A stretch of DNA of 44,286 bases from a virus (lineage: Duplodnaviria > Caudoviricetes). Each line of letters starts with the position of its first letter. The stretch's first letter is position 1. The stretch is from positions 1 through 44,286 of IMG/VR virus record IMGVR_UViG_3300012952_000033; one strand, 5' to 3'. The translations under genes and the position numbers were made by a program. Shown in pieces: positions 1 through 8,970 of this stretch. Under the pieces are notes generated by a model. The model saw nothing but the letters and a program-made list of their open reading frames with translations. It searched no databases and was not told the DNA's origin.

Positions 1-1
1 A

Positions 2-2122
2 GAATATGATGTAGTTGTTATTAGTAAAACTGGTAAAATTGGTGAGATATATGAAATACAAGGTTTAAAAATAGCTTTACCTTTACTAGAAAAAACGTAT
101 AAAAGATCTAATAAAAAACTAGAACAATATTGGGAAGTGTTTGAATCTCCAAAAGAATTAAGTAAATTAAAAACTGTTTTTGATTGGAATCAAACATCTC
201 TAGATTTTAAAAATAAATGGTATGACTATATTGATGAAGAGTTTAAAAGAAGGGAACAAGGTTTTAGTTTCTATAATAAAGGTATTCCTACCTATATTAC
301 TGGCTCTCATTATATGTACTTGCAGTGGACAAAAATTGATGTTGGCTCTGCGCAGTTCAGAGAATCAAACCGCTTATTCTATATATTCTGGGAAGCATGT
401 AAGTTGGACTATCGATCCTATGGAATGTGTTATCTTAAGAACAGAAGGTCTGGATTTAGTTTCATGGCCAGCTCCGAACTCGTTCATCAAGCTACAATTT
501 CCGCTGACTCGAGGTATGGCATTTTATCCAAGACTGGTGGAGATGCAAAGAAGATGTTCACAGATAAGGTGGTCCCCATTTCGGTTAACTACCCCTTTTT
601 CTTTAAGCCTATTCAGGACGGAATGGACAGGCCAAAGACTGAACTGGCATATAGGGTACCGGCATCGAAGTTTACCCGCCGCAAGATCGACCAGAACGAG
701 CAGGCCGAGGAGCTCATCGGGCTTGACACTACCATTGACTGGAAGAATACCGGTGATAACTCCTACGACGGGGAGAAACTCAAATTACTCGCCCATGATG
801 AATCAGGTAAATGGGAGAGGCCGGACAATATACTCAACAACTGGAGGGTCACGAAGACAACGTTAAGACTTGGAAGTAGAATTGTAGGTAAATGTATGAT
901 GGGTTCTACCTCTAATGCTTTAGATAAAGGTGGTGCTAATTTTAAAAAATTATATGATGCTTCAGACGTTAAAAAAAGAAACCGCAATGGACAGACTGGT
1001 TCAGGATTATATTCTTTGTTCATACCTATGGAATGGAACTACGAAGGATACATCGATTCTTATGGCTTTCCTGTATTCGACACACCAAAAAAACCGATTA
1101 AAGGAATTGACGGAACAACAATTGAAATTGGGGTTATCTCGCACTGGGAAAATGAAGTAGAAGGTTTAAAAGAGGATCAAGACGGTTTAAACGAATTATA
1201 TAGACAATTTCCACGTACAGAAAAACATGCTTTTAGAGATGAAGCAAAAGAATCTTTATTTAATTTGGCAAAAATTTATGAACAAATAGATTATAATGAA
1301 GATTTAAAACACTCTAGAGCTATAACACAAGGTAATTTTCAATGGGAAAGTGGGATTAAAGATACTAGAGTAATGTTTGTTCCTAATAATAGTGGTAGAT
1401 TTTTTATTTCATGGATACCACCTATTAATTTACAAAATAGATATATAATTAAAAATGGTATAAAATATCCAGCAAACGAAGACTGTGGTGCTTTTGGATG
1501 TGATCCATATGATATATCAGGAACTGTAGATGGCAGAGGCTCAAAAGGTTCTTTACATGGTTTAACTAAATTCACTATGGCGGATGTTCCTCCTAATACA
1601 TTTTTTTTAGAATATATAGCTAGACCACAAACTGCAGAAATATTTTTTGAAGATGTTTTAATGGCAATTGTATTTTACGGTATGCCTATACTTGCAGAAA
1701 ATAACAAACCAAGATTATTATATTATTTAAAACGTAGAGGTTATAGAGGATATTCAATGAATAGACCAGATAAAATTTACAATAAATTATCTGTAACAGA
1801 AAGAGAAATAGGTGGTATACCTAATTCTAGTGAAGATATAAAACAAGCTCATGCTGCTGCTATAGAAGATTATATAGAAAATTTTATAGGATTTGATGGT
1901 GAAAACTATGGAGATATGTATTTTCAACGTACTTTAGAAGATTGGGCTCAATTTAATATAAATAATAGAACACTACATGATGCTTCTATAAGTTCTGGGT
2001 TAGCAATTATGGCTTGTAATAAAAATAAATATAGACCTATTGCTGAAAGAAAATTAACAACTGTACCTTTAGGTTTTAAAAAATATGACAATAAAGGAGT
2101 AAATTCAAAAATACTAAATTAG
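2..2122 (+). CDS. terL: Terminase large subunit (5'-truncated; frame is open from position 2)
   Basis: Walker A-like KNRRSGFS, Walker B LLAHDE, RNase H-like nuclease motifs GCDPYD, ILAENN and HDASISSG. Lies directly before the portal gene. Confidence 0.93.
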   Translation, partial: EYDVVVISKTGKIGEIYEIQGLKIALPLLEKTYKRSNKKLEQYWEVFESPKELSKLKTVFDWNQTSLDFKNKWYDYIDEEFKRREQGFSFYNKGIPTYITGSHYMYLQWTKIDVGSAQFRESNRLFYIFWEACKLDYRSYGMCYLKNRRSGFSFMASSELVHQATISADSRYGILSKTGGDAKKMFTDKVVPISVNYPFFFKPIQDGMDRPKTELAYRVPASKFTRRKIDQNEQAEELIGLDTTIDWKNTGDNSYDGEKLKLLAHDESGKWERPDNILNNWRVTKTTLRLGSRIVGKCMMGSTSNALDKGGANFKKLYDASDVKKRNRNGQTGSGLYSLFIPMEWNYEGYIDSYGFPVFDTPKKPIKGIDGTTIEIGVISHWENEVEGLKEDQDGLNELYRQFPRTEKHAFRDEAKESLFNLAKIYEQIDYNEDLKHSRAITQGNFQWESGIKDTRVMFVPNNSGRFFISWIPPINLQNRYIIKNGIKYPANEDCGAFGCDPYDISGTVDGRGSKGSLHGLTKFTMADVPPNTFFLEYIARPQTAEIFFEDVLMAIVFYGMPILAENNKPRLLYYLKRRGYRGYSMNRPDKIYNKLSVTEREIGGIPNSSEDIKQAHAAAIEDYIENFIGFDGENYGDMYFQRTLEDWAQFNINNRTLHDASISSGLAIMACNKNKYRPIAERKLTTVPLGFKKYDNKGVNSKILN
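222..866 (+). CDS. Candidate overprinted gene in the +1 frame of terL (N-terminal hydrophobic anchor, S/T/R/P-rich tail)
   Basis: 214 open codons in an AT-rich genome, coinciding with visibly GC-rich terL wobble positions (~400-870). Begins ...KVFLPILLALIICTCSG. Confidence 0.5.
   Translation: MTILMKSLKEGNKVLVSIIKVFLPILLALIICTCSGQKLMLALRSSENQTAYSIYSGKHVSWTIDPMECVILRTEGLDLVSWPAPNSFIKLQFPLTRGMAFYPRLVEMQRRCSQIRWSPFRLTTPFSLSLFRTEWTGQRLNWHIGYRHRSLPAARSTRTSRPRSSSGLTLPLTGRIPVITPTTGRNSNYSPMMNQVNGRGRTIYSTTGGSRRQR
930..1160 (+). CDS. Second candidate +1-frame overprinted ORF in terL (76 aa)
   Basis: Same frame as 222..866. Host codons here are again enriched in C/G endings (CGC, TAC, ATC, TTC, GAC, TCG). 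Confidence 0.3.
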   Translation: MVLILKNYMMLQTLKKETAMDRLVQDYILCSYLWNGTTKDTSILMAFLYSTHQKNRLKELTEQQLKLGLSRTGKMK

Positions 2123-4531
2123 ATGGTTAACATTAACTATAATAGTGCTTTTCCGGATCAGGTAGTACCTGAAGAAGAGAAAATGTCTAAAGAATATGGT
2201 TTACAAGTAGCTCAAGCAATTGAAGGTGAGTGGTTTAAAAATAGTAGTGGTCAAAATAGATTTATTAATAATTTTCAAAATTTTAATAGATTAAGATTAT
2301 ACTCAAGAGGAGAACAACCTGTTCAAAAATATAAAGATGAATTAGCTATTAACGGTGATTTATCTTATCTTAATTTAGACTGGAAACCTGTACCTATATT
2401 ATCTAAATTTGTAGATATAGTAGTTAATGGTATGACAGATAAAGGATATGAAATAAAATCCTATGCGCAAGATCCTTATGCTATAAAAGAAAGAACTAAT
2501 TTTGCTTTTAATGCATTAAGAGATATACAGCATAAAGAACAAATTGATCAATTAGCACAATTAACAGGTAGAAACTTTTATAAATCTACTAATCCTCAAG
2601 CATTACCTAATGATCCTGAAGAATTAGAATTATATTTACAATTAAAATACAAACAAAGTGTTGAAATAGCTGAAGAAGAAGTTATTAATAATGTTTTAGA
2701 TTTTAATAAATATGAAGAAACTAAAAAAAGATTAGCACAAGATTTAACAGTTTTAGGTATAGGTTGTGTAAAAACTGGTTTTAACTTATCTGAAGGTATT
2801 ACTGTTGATTATGTAAATCCAGCTAATATAGTTTATTCATATACAGATGATCCTAATTTTGAAGATATATATTATGTAGGTGAAGTAAAAAACATGTCAT
2901 TATCAGAGGTTAAAAGACAATTTCCTTGGCTTACAGATAAAGAGTTAGAAGAAATACAAAAATATCCAGGTAGAAACTCTTTTACAGATAGCACATGGTG
3001 GGCACAAAGCACTAAAGATCAAGTTCAAGTATTGTTTTTTGAATATAAAACTTATCAAGATCAAGTTTTTAAAATAAAACAAACAGATCAAGGATTAGAA
3101 AAAACATTAGAAAAACCAGATACTTTTGATCCTCCACCTAATGATAATTTTGAAAGAGTTGGTAGATCAATAGAAGTATTATATAGTGGAGCTAAAGTTT
3201 TAGGTTTAGGTAATAATCTGCTAGAATGGAGATTAAGTGAAAACATGACTAGGCCTTTTGGAGATACCACTAAAGTTAATATGAATTATGTTATTTCTGC
3301 CCCTAGAATGTATCAAGGTAGAATAGAATCTATTGTAAGTAAAACAATAGGTTTTGCAGATATGATTCAACTTACACATTTAAAACTACAACAAGTTTTA
3401 GCTAGAATGGTTCCTGATGGAGTATATTTAGACGTAGATGGTTTAGCTGAAGTAGATTTAGGTAATGGTACTAATTATAATCCAGCAGAAGCATTAAACA
3501 TGTATTTTCAAACTGGTAGCATTGTTGGTAGATCTTTAACACAAGAAGGTGATTTAAATAGAGGTAAAGTACCTATACAAGAATTACAAACATCTAATGG
3601 TATGGGTAAAATATCTTCAATGATACAAACATATCAGTATTATTTACAAATGATACGAGATGTAACCGGATTAAACGAAGCAAGAGATGGTACAACACCA
3701 GCTAAAGATGCATTAGTAGGTTTACAAAAATTAGCAGCAGCTAATTCTAACACTGCAACAAAACATATATTACAATCTTTAATGTATTTAACTGTTAGGG
3801 TTTGTGAAAATATAAGTTTAAGAGTTGCAGATATGTTAAATTTTCCTTTAACAAAACAAACTTTATTATCTAGTATTAATACATTTAATACAAATACTTT
3901 AGATGAAATACAAAAATTAAGTATGCATCATTTTGGTATTTATTTAGAACTTGAACCAGAAGAAGAAGAAAAAGCTGCTTTAGAACAAAACATACAAATA
4001 GCATTACAAGCCGGTAATATTGGTTTAGAAGATGCAATAGATTTAAGGCAAATTAAAAACAATAAACTTGCTAATCAAAGTTTAAAACTAAGACAGAAAA
4101 AGAAGCAAGAATTAGATAGAGCTCAACAATTAGAAAACATACAAGCTCAAGCTCAAGCAAACGCAGAATCTGCTGAAAAAGCTGCTATGGCTGAAGTGCA
4201 AAAACAACAAGCAATGGCTCAAACTGAAATACAAATAGAAAAAGCTAAATCTCAGTTTGAAATAAACAAAATGGAACAAGAAGCATTAATTAAAAAACAG
4301 TTGATGGCTGAAGAGTTTAATTATGATATGCAGTTAGCTCAAATACAAGGACAAGCACAACAGCAAAAAGAAAATGCTATTGAAGATCGTAAAGATAACA
4401 GAGTAAAAATACAAGGAACACAACAAAGTGAACTTATTAGTCAAAGACAAAATGATTTACTACCTAAAAATTTTGAATCAGATAATGATAGTCTTGACGG
4501 TTTTGGGTTAGAACAATTTACCCCAAGATAA
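2123..4531 (+). CDS. Portal protein
   Basis: 802 aa directly after terL, with a C-terminal Q/E/A-rich coiled coil (barrel) as in P22/crAss-like portals. Confidence 0.88.
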   Translation: MVNINYNSAFPDQVVPEEEKMSKEYGLQVAQAIEGEWFKNSSGQNRFINNFQNFNRLRLYSRGEQPVQKYKDELAINGDLSYLNLDWKPVPILSKFVDIVVNGMTDKGYEIKSYAQDPYAIKERTNFAFNALRDIQHKEQIDQLAQLTGRNFYKSTNPQALPNDPEELELYLQLKYKQSVEIAEEEVINNVLDFNKYEETKKRLAQDLTVLGIGCVKTGFNLSEGITVDYVNPANIVYSYTDDPNFEDIYYVGEVKNMSLSEVKRQFPWLTDKELEEIQKYPGRNSFTDSTWWAQSTKDQVQVLFFEYKTYQDQVFKIKQTDQGLEKTLEKPDTFDPPPNDNFERVGRSIEVLYSGAKVLGLGNNLLEWRLSENMTRPFGDTTKVNMNYVISAPRMYQGRIESIVSKTIGFADMIQLTHLKLQQVLARMVPDGVYLDVDGLAEVDLGNGTNYNPAEALNMYFQTGSIVGRSLTQEGDLNRGKVPIQELQTSNGMGKISSMIQTYQYYLQMIRDVTGLNEARDGTTPAKDALVGLQKLAAANSNTATKHILQSLMYLTVRVCENISLRVADMLNFPLTKQTLLSSINTFNTNTLDEIQKLSMHHFGIYLELEPEEEEKAALEQNIQIALQAGNIGLEDAIDLRQIKNNKLANQSLKLRQKKKQELDRAQQLENIQAQAQANAESAEKAAMAEVQKQQAMAQTEIQIEKAKSQFEINKMEQEALIKKQLMAEEFNYDMQLAQIQGQAQQQKENAIEDRKDNRVKIQGTQQSELISQRQNDLLPKNFESDNDSLDGFGLEQFTPR

Positions 4532-4559
4532 TTTATTATTAATTTTATATTATTTTATT

Positions 4560-5825
4560 ATGTCAAAAAAACAAACAAAAAAAGAGGTTGAAGAACCAAA
4601 AAAAATAGAAGAACAAACTGAAGTAAAAGCAAATGAACCTGTAAAAAAAGAAGGTGAATTTAAAGTAAAATCAGTTAAAAAAGTAAAACAATTAGGTGAA
4701 GACAAAGTGCCTGATATAATTAAAGTAGATTTAAGTAAACCTAAAAAAGAAAAAGAAGAAGATGCCGTTCAAACACACAAGACAAATGATAGCGATGCTG
4801 TTGTCGAAAAACCCAAAGACAGTAGCAACAGCGAAGAAGTGGTTGAAGAAGTACGGCAAACCGACGAAGAAGTAAAATCTGATTCACCAATACAAGAAAT
4901 AAATGAAGAAGATAATACTAACGAGACAGGAGTGGCAGGAAGCGATGAAACTACCACTACCACATCGAAACAAAAAGAAATATTACAGGAAGCAGAAACA
5001 CAAAAGCTCCCTGAAAACATAGAAAAATTAGTAAAATTCATGGAAGAAACAGGTGGCACTGTTGAAGACTATACTCGGTTAAATGCTGATTATAGTAAAG
5101 TAGATGACAACATGTTATTACATGAATATTACAAACAAGCTAAACCTCATTTAAATATGGAAGAAAGAAACTTTATAATAGAAGATTCTTTTACATATGA
5201 TGAAGAGGTGGATGAAGAGCGAGATATTAAAAAGAAAAAACTCGCTTACAAAGAAGAAATTGCAAAAGCTAAAAACTTTTTAGAAGGCCTAAAAACTAAA
5301 TATTACGACGAAATCAAGTTGAGACCCGGAGTAACACAGGAACAACAAAAAGCAATGGACTTTTTCAATCGCTACAACGAAGAACAAGCAGCACAAGAAG
5401 CAATACGTGAAAGGTTTGTATCTAATACTAAACAAACATTTAACCAAGAATTCAAAGGTTTTGATTTTAAATTAGGAGATAAAAAGTTTAGATATGGTAT
5501 AAAAGATCCTTCATCAATTGTAAATAACCAAAGTGATATATCTAATTTTGTTGGAAAGTTTCTAGGCAAAAATGGAGAAATTGTTGATACTGTTGGTTAT
5601 CACAAAGCTTTATATGCAGCACGAAATGTGGATACTATTGTTAACCACTTTTATGAGCAAGGTAAAACTGATGCTATAAAAGAACAGTTAGCTAAATCTA
5701 AAAATATTAGTACAGAACCTCGTAAAACAGCTTCTGGAGAAGTATTTATAGGTGGTTTAAAGGTAAAAGCAATTAGTGGTTATGATTCTTCAAAATTGAG
5801 AATAAAAAAGAAAACGTTTAATTAA
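4560..5825 (+). CDS. Putative capsid scaffolding/assembly protein
   Basis: Acidic low-complexity N-terminus and helical C-terminus, located between the portal and major capsid genes. Confidence 0.65.
   Translation: MSKKQTKKEVEEPKKIEEQTEVKANEPVKKEGEFKVKSVKKVKQLGEDKVPDIIKVDLSKPKKEKEEDAVQTHKTNDSDAVVEKPKDSSNSEEVVEEVRQTDEEVKSDSPIQEINEEDNTNETGVAGSDETTTTTSKQKEILQEAETQKLPENIEKLVKFMEETGGTVEDYTRLNADYSKVDDNMLLHEYYKQAKPHLNMEERNFIIEDSFTYDEEVDEERDIKKKKLAYKEEIAKAKNFLEGLKTKYYDEIKLRPGVTQEQQKAMDFFNRYNEEQAAQEAIRERFVSNTKQTFNQEFKGFDFKLGDKKFRYGIKDPSSIVNNQSDISNFVGKFLGKNGEIVDTVGYHKALYAARNVDTIVNHFYEQGKTDAIKEQLAKSKNISTEPRKTASGEVFIGGLKVKAISGYDSSKLRIKKKTFN
4762..4875 (+). CDS. Hidden 37-aa basic peptide in the +1 frame of the scaffold gene (MPFKHTRQMIAMLLSKNPKTVATAKKWLKKYGKPTKK)
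   Basis: Manual translation, ATG 4762 to TAA 4873-4875. Host codons are unusually GC-ending. Resembles MPFK...Q...P...AKKW..KYG small phage proteins (from memory). Confidence 0.55.
   Translation: MPFKHTRQMIAMLLSKNPKTVATAKKWLKKYGKPTKK
4903..5022 (+). CDS. Hidden 39-aa basic peptide in the +1 frame of the scaffold gene, ArfA/BrfA-like C-terminus (MKKIILTRQEWQEAMKLPLPHRNKKKYYRKQKHKSSLKT)
   Basis: Manual translation, ATG 4903 to TAG 5020-5022, with an A-rich upstream context and an NKKKYxRKxKHK motif. Confidence 0.55.
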   Translation: MKKIILTRQEWQEAMKLPLPHRNKKKYYRKQKHKSSLKT

Positions 5826-5841
5826 AAAAAATAAATAAATT

Positions 5842-7296
5842 ATGGGAAGTTTAACTCCACAATTTGGCTCAATAGTTCCTGCTCCTAATCAGCAACTATT
5901 AGCTAGTAATTACCTATCTTTTACAGATGGTAATAATGATTTTGCTCAGCAATATTTACCTGAAATATACGAACAAGAAGTAGAAAGATATGGAAACAGA
6001 ACTCTTTCTGGTTTCTTACGTATGGTAGGCGCTGAAATGCCTTTAACTTCAGATCAAGTTGTTTGGTCAGAACAAAACAGATTACATATAGCTTATGATG
6101 GTGTAGCAAACGGATGTCCTGGTAATTGTGATACTCTTACAATTCCTGCTCCAACTGCTCCAGGTGTTACAAGAAACGTAATATCTCCCGGACAAACTAT
6201 CGTTGCTATGGATGATTCTGGTAATGAATTAAAATGTGTTGTATTAACCTCACAAACAGCTACAGGTGTACTTACTGTTGCTCCTTATACAGCACAAACA
6301 CTTGCTAGTCTTGATGCTACTGTAAAAATATTTGTATTTGGTTCAGAATTTCAAAAAGGAGCTGCAACAAGTAATGCAGCTGCTGGTTTACAAACAGGAA
6401 ATCTAGCTAACCAACCACAAATTACTATAACTCCAGCTTTTCAACAATATAACAACTCACCAGTTATTATTAGAAACGTTTATACAATAAATGGATCTGA
6501 TATGGCTCAAATAGGTTGGGTTGAAGTTGCTACTGAAGATGGAACTACAGGTTATTTATGGTATTTAAAAGCTGAATCTGAAACAAGATTAAGATTTGAA
6601 GACTATTTAGAAATGGTATGTGTTGAAGGTGAACTTGCTACTAACATTGGTGCAGGAGATGCATTTGCTGCTGGTTACAAAGGTACTGAAGGTTTATTCG
6701 CTGCTATCTCTTCAAGAGGTAATGTTGAAGTAGGATTTTCTGGTGCTTCTGGTTTAGATGACTTTGATGCAATACTTAAAAATCTAGACACTCAAGGTGC
6801 TATTGAAGAAAACATGTTGTTCTTACAAAGACAAACAGCATTAGAATTCGATAACATGCTATCAAATGTATCTATCGGTAATAGCGGTGGTACAGCTTAT
6901 GGTTTATTTGAAAACTCTGAAGAAATGGCATTAAACTTAGGTTTTAGCGGTTTCAGAAGAGGTTCATATGACTTCTATAAAACTGATTGGAAATACTTAA
7001 ATGATGCTTCTACAAGAGGTGCTATTGATGGTGTTCAATCAATTGAAGGAGTTTTAATACCAGCTGGTACTTCAACTGTTTACGATCAAATTTTAGGTAC
7101 AAATATTAGAAGACCATTCTTACACGTTAGATATAGAGCTTCTCAAACAGAAGACAGACGTATGAAGTCTTGGTTAACTGGATCAGCTGGAGGTGCTTAC
7201 ACTTCTAATCTTGATGCAATGGAAGTCAACTTCCTTTCAGAAAGATGTTTAGTAACTCAAGCTGCAAATAACTTTGTATTATTCAAAGGTATTTAA
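5842..7296 (+). CDS. Major capsid protein
   Basis: Position after the scaffold gene, biased codon usage typical of a highly expressed gene, crAss-like MCP features (QQYLPEIYEQEVERYG, GFSGFRRGSYDFY), followed by a strong hairpin. Confidence 0.88.
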   Translation: MGSLTPQFGSIVPAPNQQLLASNYLSFTDGNNDFAQQYLPEIYEQEVERYGNRTLSGFLRMVGAEMPLTSDQVVWSEQNRLHIAYDGVANGCPGNCDTLTIPAPTAPGVTRNVISPGQTIVAMDDSGNELKCVVLTSQTATGVLTVAPYTAQTLASLDATVKIFVFGSEFQKGAATSNAAAGLQTGNLANQPQITITPAFQQYNNSPVIIRNVYTINGSDMAQIGWVEVATEDGTTGYLWYLKAESETRLRFEDYLEMVCVEGELATNIGAGDAFAAGYKGTEGLFAAISSRGNVEVGFSGASGLDDFDAILKNLDTQGAIEENMLFLQRQTALEFDNMLSNVSIGNSGGTAYGLFENSEEMALNLGFSGFRRGSYDFYKTDWKYLNDASTRGAIDGVQSIEGVLIPAGTSTVYDQILGTNIRRPFLHVRYRASQTEDRRMKSWLTGSAGGAYTSNLDAMEVNFLSERCLVTQAANNFVLFKGI

Positions 7297-7303
7297 TTTT
7301 TTA

Positions 7304-7341
7304 GTAAAGATAGGGCATCTTTAAGGTGCCCTTGTCTTTAC
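7304..7341 (+). terminator. Stem-loop after the capsid gene (terminator or mRNA stabiliser)
   Basis: GTAAAGATAGGGCATCT-TTAA-GGTGCCCTTGTCTTTAC imperfect inverted repeat; poly-U tail is weak. Confidence 0.7.
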
Positions 7342-7366
7342 ATTAACTATTTAATTATATTATATC

Positions 7367-8134
7367 ATGGCAAAAAAAGAAAAAACAATCTCAAAATCTA
7401 GTTGGGAAATAAAAGATAGAACATATATATTAAATGGACCTCAAAGTCCATTAACATATAAAATACCATCTAAACACACCTCGCGACATGCGTTATTGTG
7501 GTATGATGATAAAACAAAAGAACAGAGAGAAATAAGATATGCAACTAATCAAAACTCTCCGTTTAAAGACGAACAAAAAGGTGAAGCAACTCTAGGACAT
7601 ATAGTATTTAGAGACGGATCTTTATATGTAAAAAAAGAAAATCAAGCTTTACAAAAAATATTATCTTTATATCATCCTTTAAAAGGTAAAAGATATAGAG
7701 AAGTAGATGAAGTAGTAATTGCACAAGATGAACTTGTAGATTTAGAACTTGAAATTGATGCATTAAATATGGCTAGAACTATTGATGTTGATCAAGCAGA
7801 AGCTATATTACGTGTAGAAATGGGATCTAAGGTGGCAGAGATGAGTTCTAAAGAAATAAAAAGAGATTTACTTGTATTTGCTAAGAAAAATGCAAAACTA
7901 TTCTTAGATTTAGCAAATGATGAAAATGTACAATTACGAAACTTTGCAATAAAAGCTACAGAAGCTGGAATAATAAAGTTAAGTTCTGATCAAAGAACAT
8001 TTATGTGGGCTTCAAATGGTAAAAAATTAATGACGGTACCGTTTGATGAACATCCATATTCTGCAATGGCTCAATTCTTTAAGACTGATGAAGGATTAGA
8101 AATCTTTAAGTCTATAGAGAAAAAACTTTCTTAA
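7367..8134 (+). CDS. Conserved virion/morphogenesis protein, function unknown
   Basis: 255-aa ORF with normal codon usage between the capsid and tail genes. Confidence 0.75.
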   Translation: MAKKEKTISKSSWEIKDRTYILNGPQSPLTYKIPSKHTSRHALLWYDDKTKEQREIRYATNQNSPFKDEQKGEATLGHIVFRDGSLYVKKENQALQKILSLYHPLKGKRYREVDEVVIAQDELVDLELEIDALNMARTIDVDQAEAILRVEMGSKVAEMSSKEIKRDLLVFAKKNAKLFLDLANDENVQLRNFAIKATEAGIIKLSSDQRTFMWASNGKKLMTVPFDEHPYSAMAQFFKTDEGLEIFKSIEKKLS

Positions 8135-8144
8135 TATGTAATAC

Positions 8145-8175
8145 TAATAAGGGAGGCCAAGTGCCTCCTTTATTA
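8145..8175 (+). terminator. Intergenic hairpin, probable intrinsic terminator
   Basis: TAATAAGGGAGGC-CAAGT-GCCTCCTTTATTA: GC stem followed by a T-rich stretch. Confidence 0.6.
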
Positions 8176-8190
8176 TAATAAAAAATACAC

Positions 8191-8967
8191 ATGGCTATAA
8201 ACGTAAACACGGTATATCAAACTGTTTTACTTATATTAAATAAAGAACAAAGAGGTTATATAACTCCTTCTGAGTTTAATAGTCTAGGAACTCAAGTGCA
8301 ACTAGAAATATTTGAAAAATATTTTGAAGATATGAACCAACAAATAAGGGTTTCACAAACTGATACTGATTATGCGGATAGAGTTAAAAATCTTGATGAA
8401 AAATTAGCTATATTTAAAACTTTTGGTGATGCTGCTTATACATCAATTACCCCATCTAGTACAAACAAAACACTTTCTTACTGGACACTTCCAGGTTTAG
8501 ATGGATATGGTCAAGAAGTAATATTTTATAGATTAGGTACGGTGTTATATAAAAACCATACTGAAATACAACGAGTTGATAGAGCAGAGTTCTATCAAAT
8601 AAACAAATCTCTTCTTACAAAACCTTCAACAACTTTTCCAATATATTTATTTGAAAATTTTAAACTATATATTAAGCCAGATACAATAATTACAGCTGGT
8701 GATATACAAGTAGAATATATTAGAAAACCAGTAAACCCTATTTGGGGTTTTACAGTTGGTACATTAGGTCAATATTTATATAATTCAAGTTTATATGATG
8801 CTAATACAATGCCTACAGGTTCTGTTGATTTTGATTTACATATATCTGAACAAACAAATCTTATATTACAAATATTAAAATATGCAGGTGTAGTAATTAG
8901 AGATCCACAAATAGTACAAGATGCAGCTCAACAAGTTGCTATTAATGAACAAAACGAAAAAATATAA
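8191..8967 (+). CDS. Tail adaptor/ring protein (P22 gp4/crAss ring-like)
   Basis: Size, position, N-terminal helix (VYQTVLLILNKEQRGYITPSEFN) and a YIRKP motif. Confidence 0.65.
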   Translation: MAINVNTVYQTVLLILNKEQRGYITPSEFNSLGTQVQLEIFEKYFEDMNQQIRVSQTDTDYADRVKNLDEKLAIFKTFGDAAYTSITPSSTNKTLSYWTLPGLDGYGQEVIFYRLGTVLYKNHTEIQRVDRAEFYQINKSLLTKPSTTFPIYLFENFKLYIKPDTIITAGDIQVEYIRKPVNPIWGFTVGTLGQYLYNSSLYDANTMPTGSVDFDLHISEQTNLILQILKYAGVVIRDPQIVQDAAQQVAINEQNEKI

Positions 8968-8970
8968 ATT

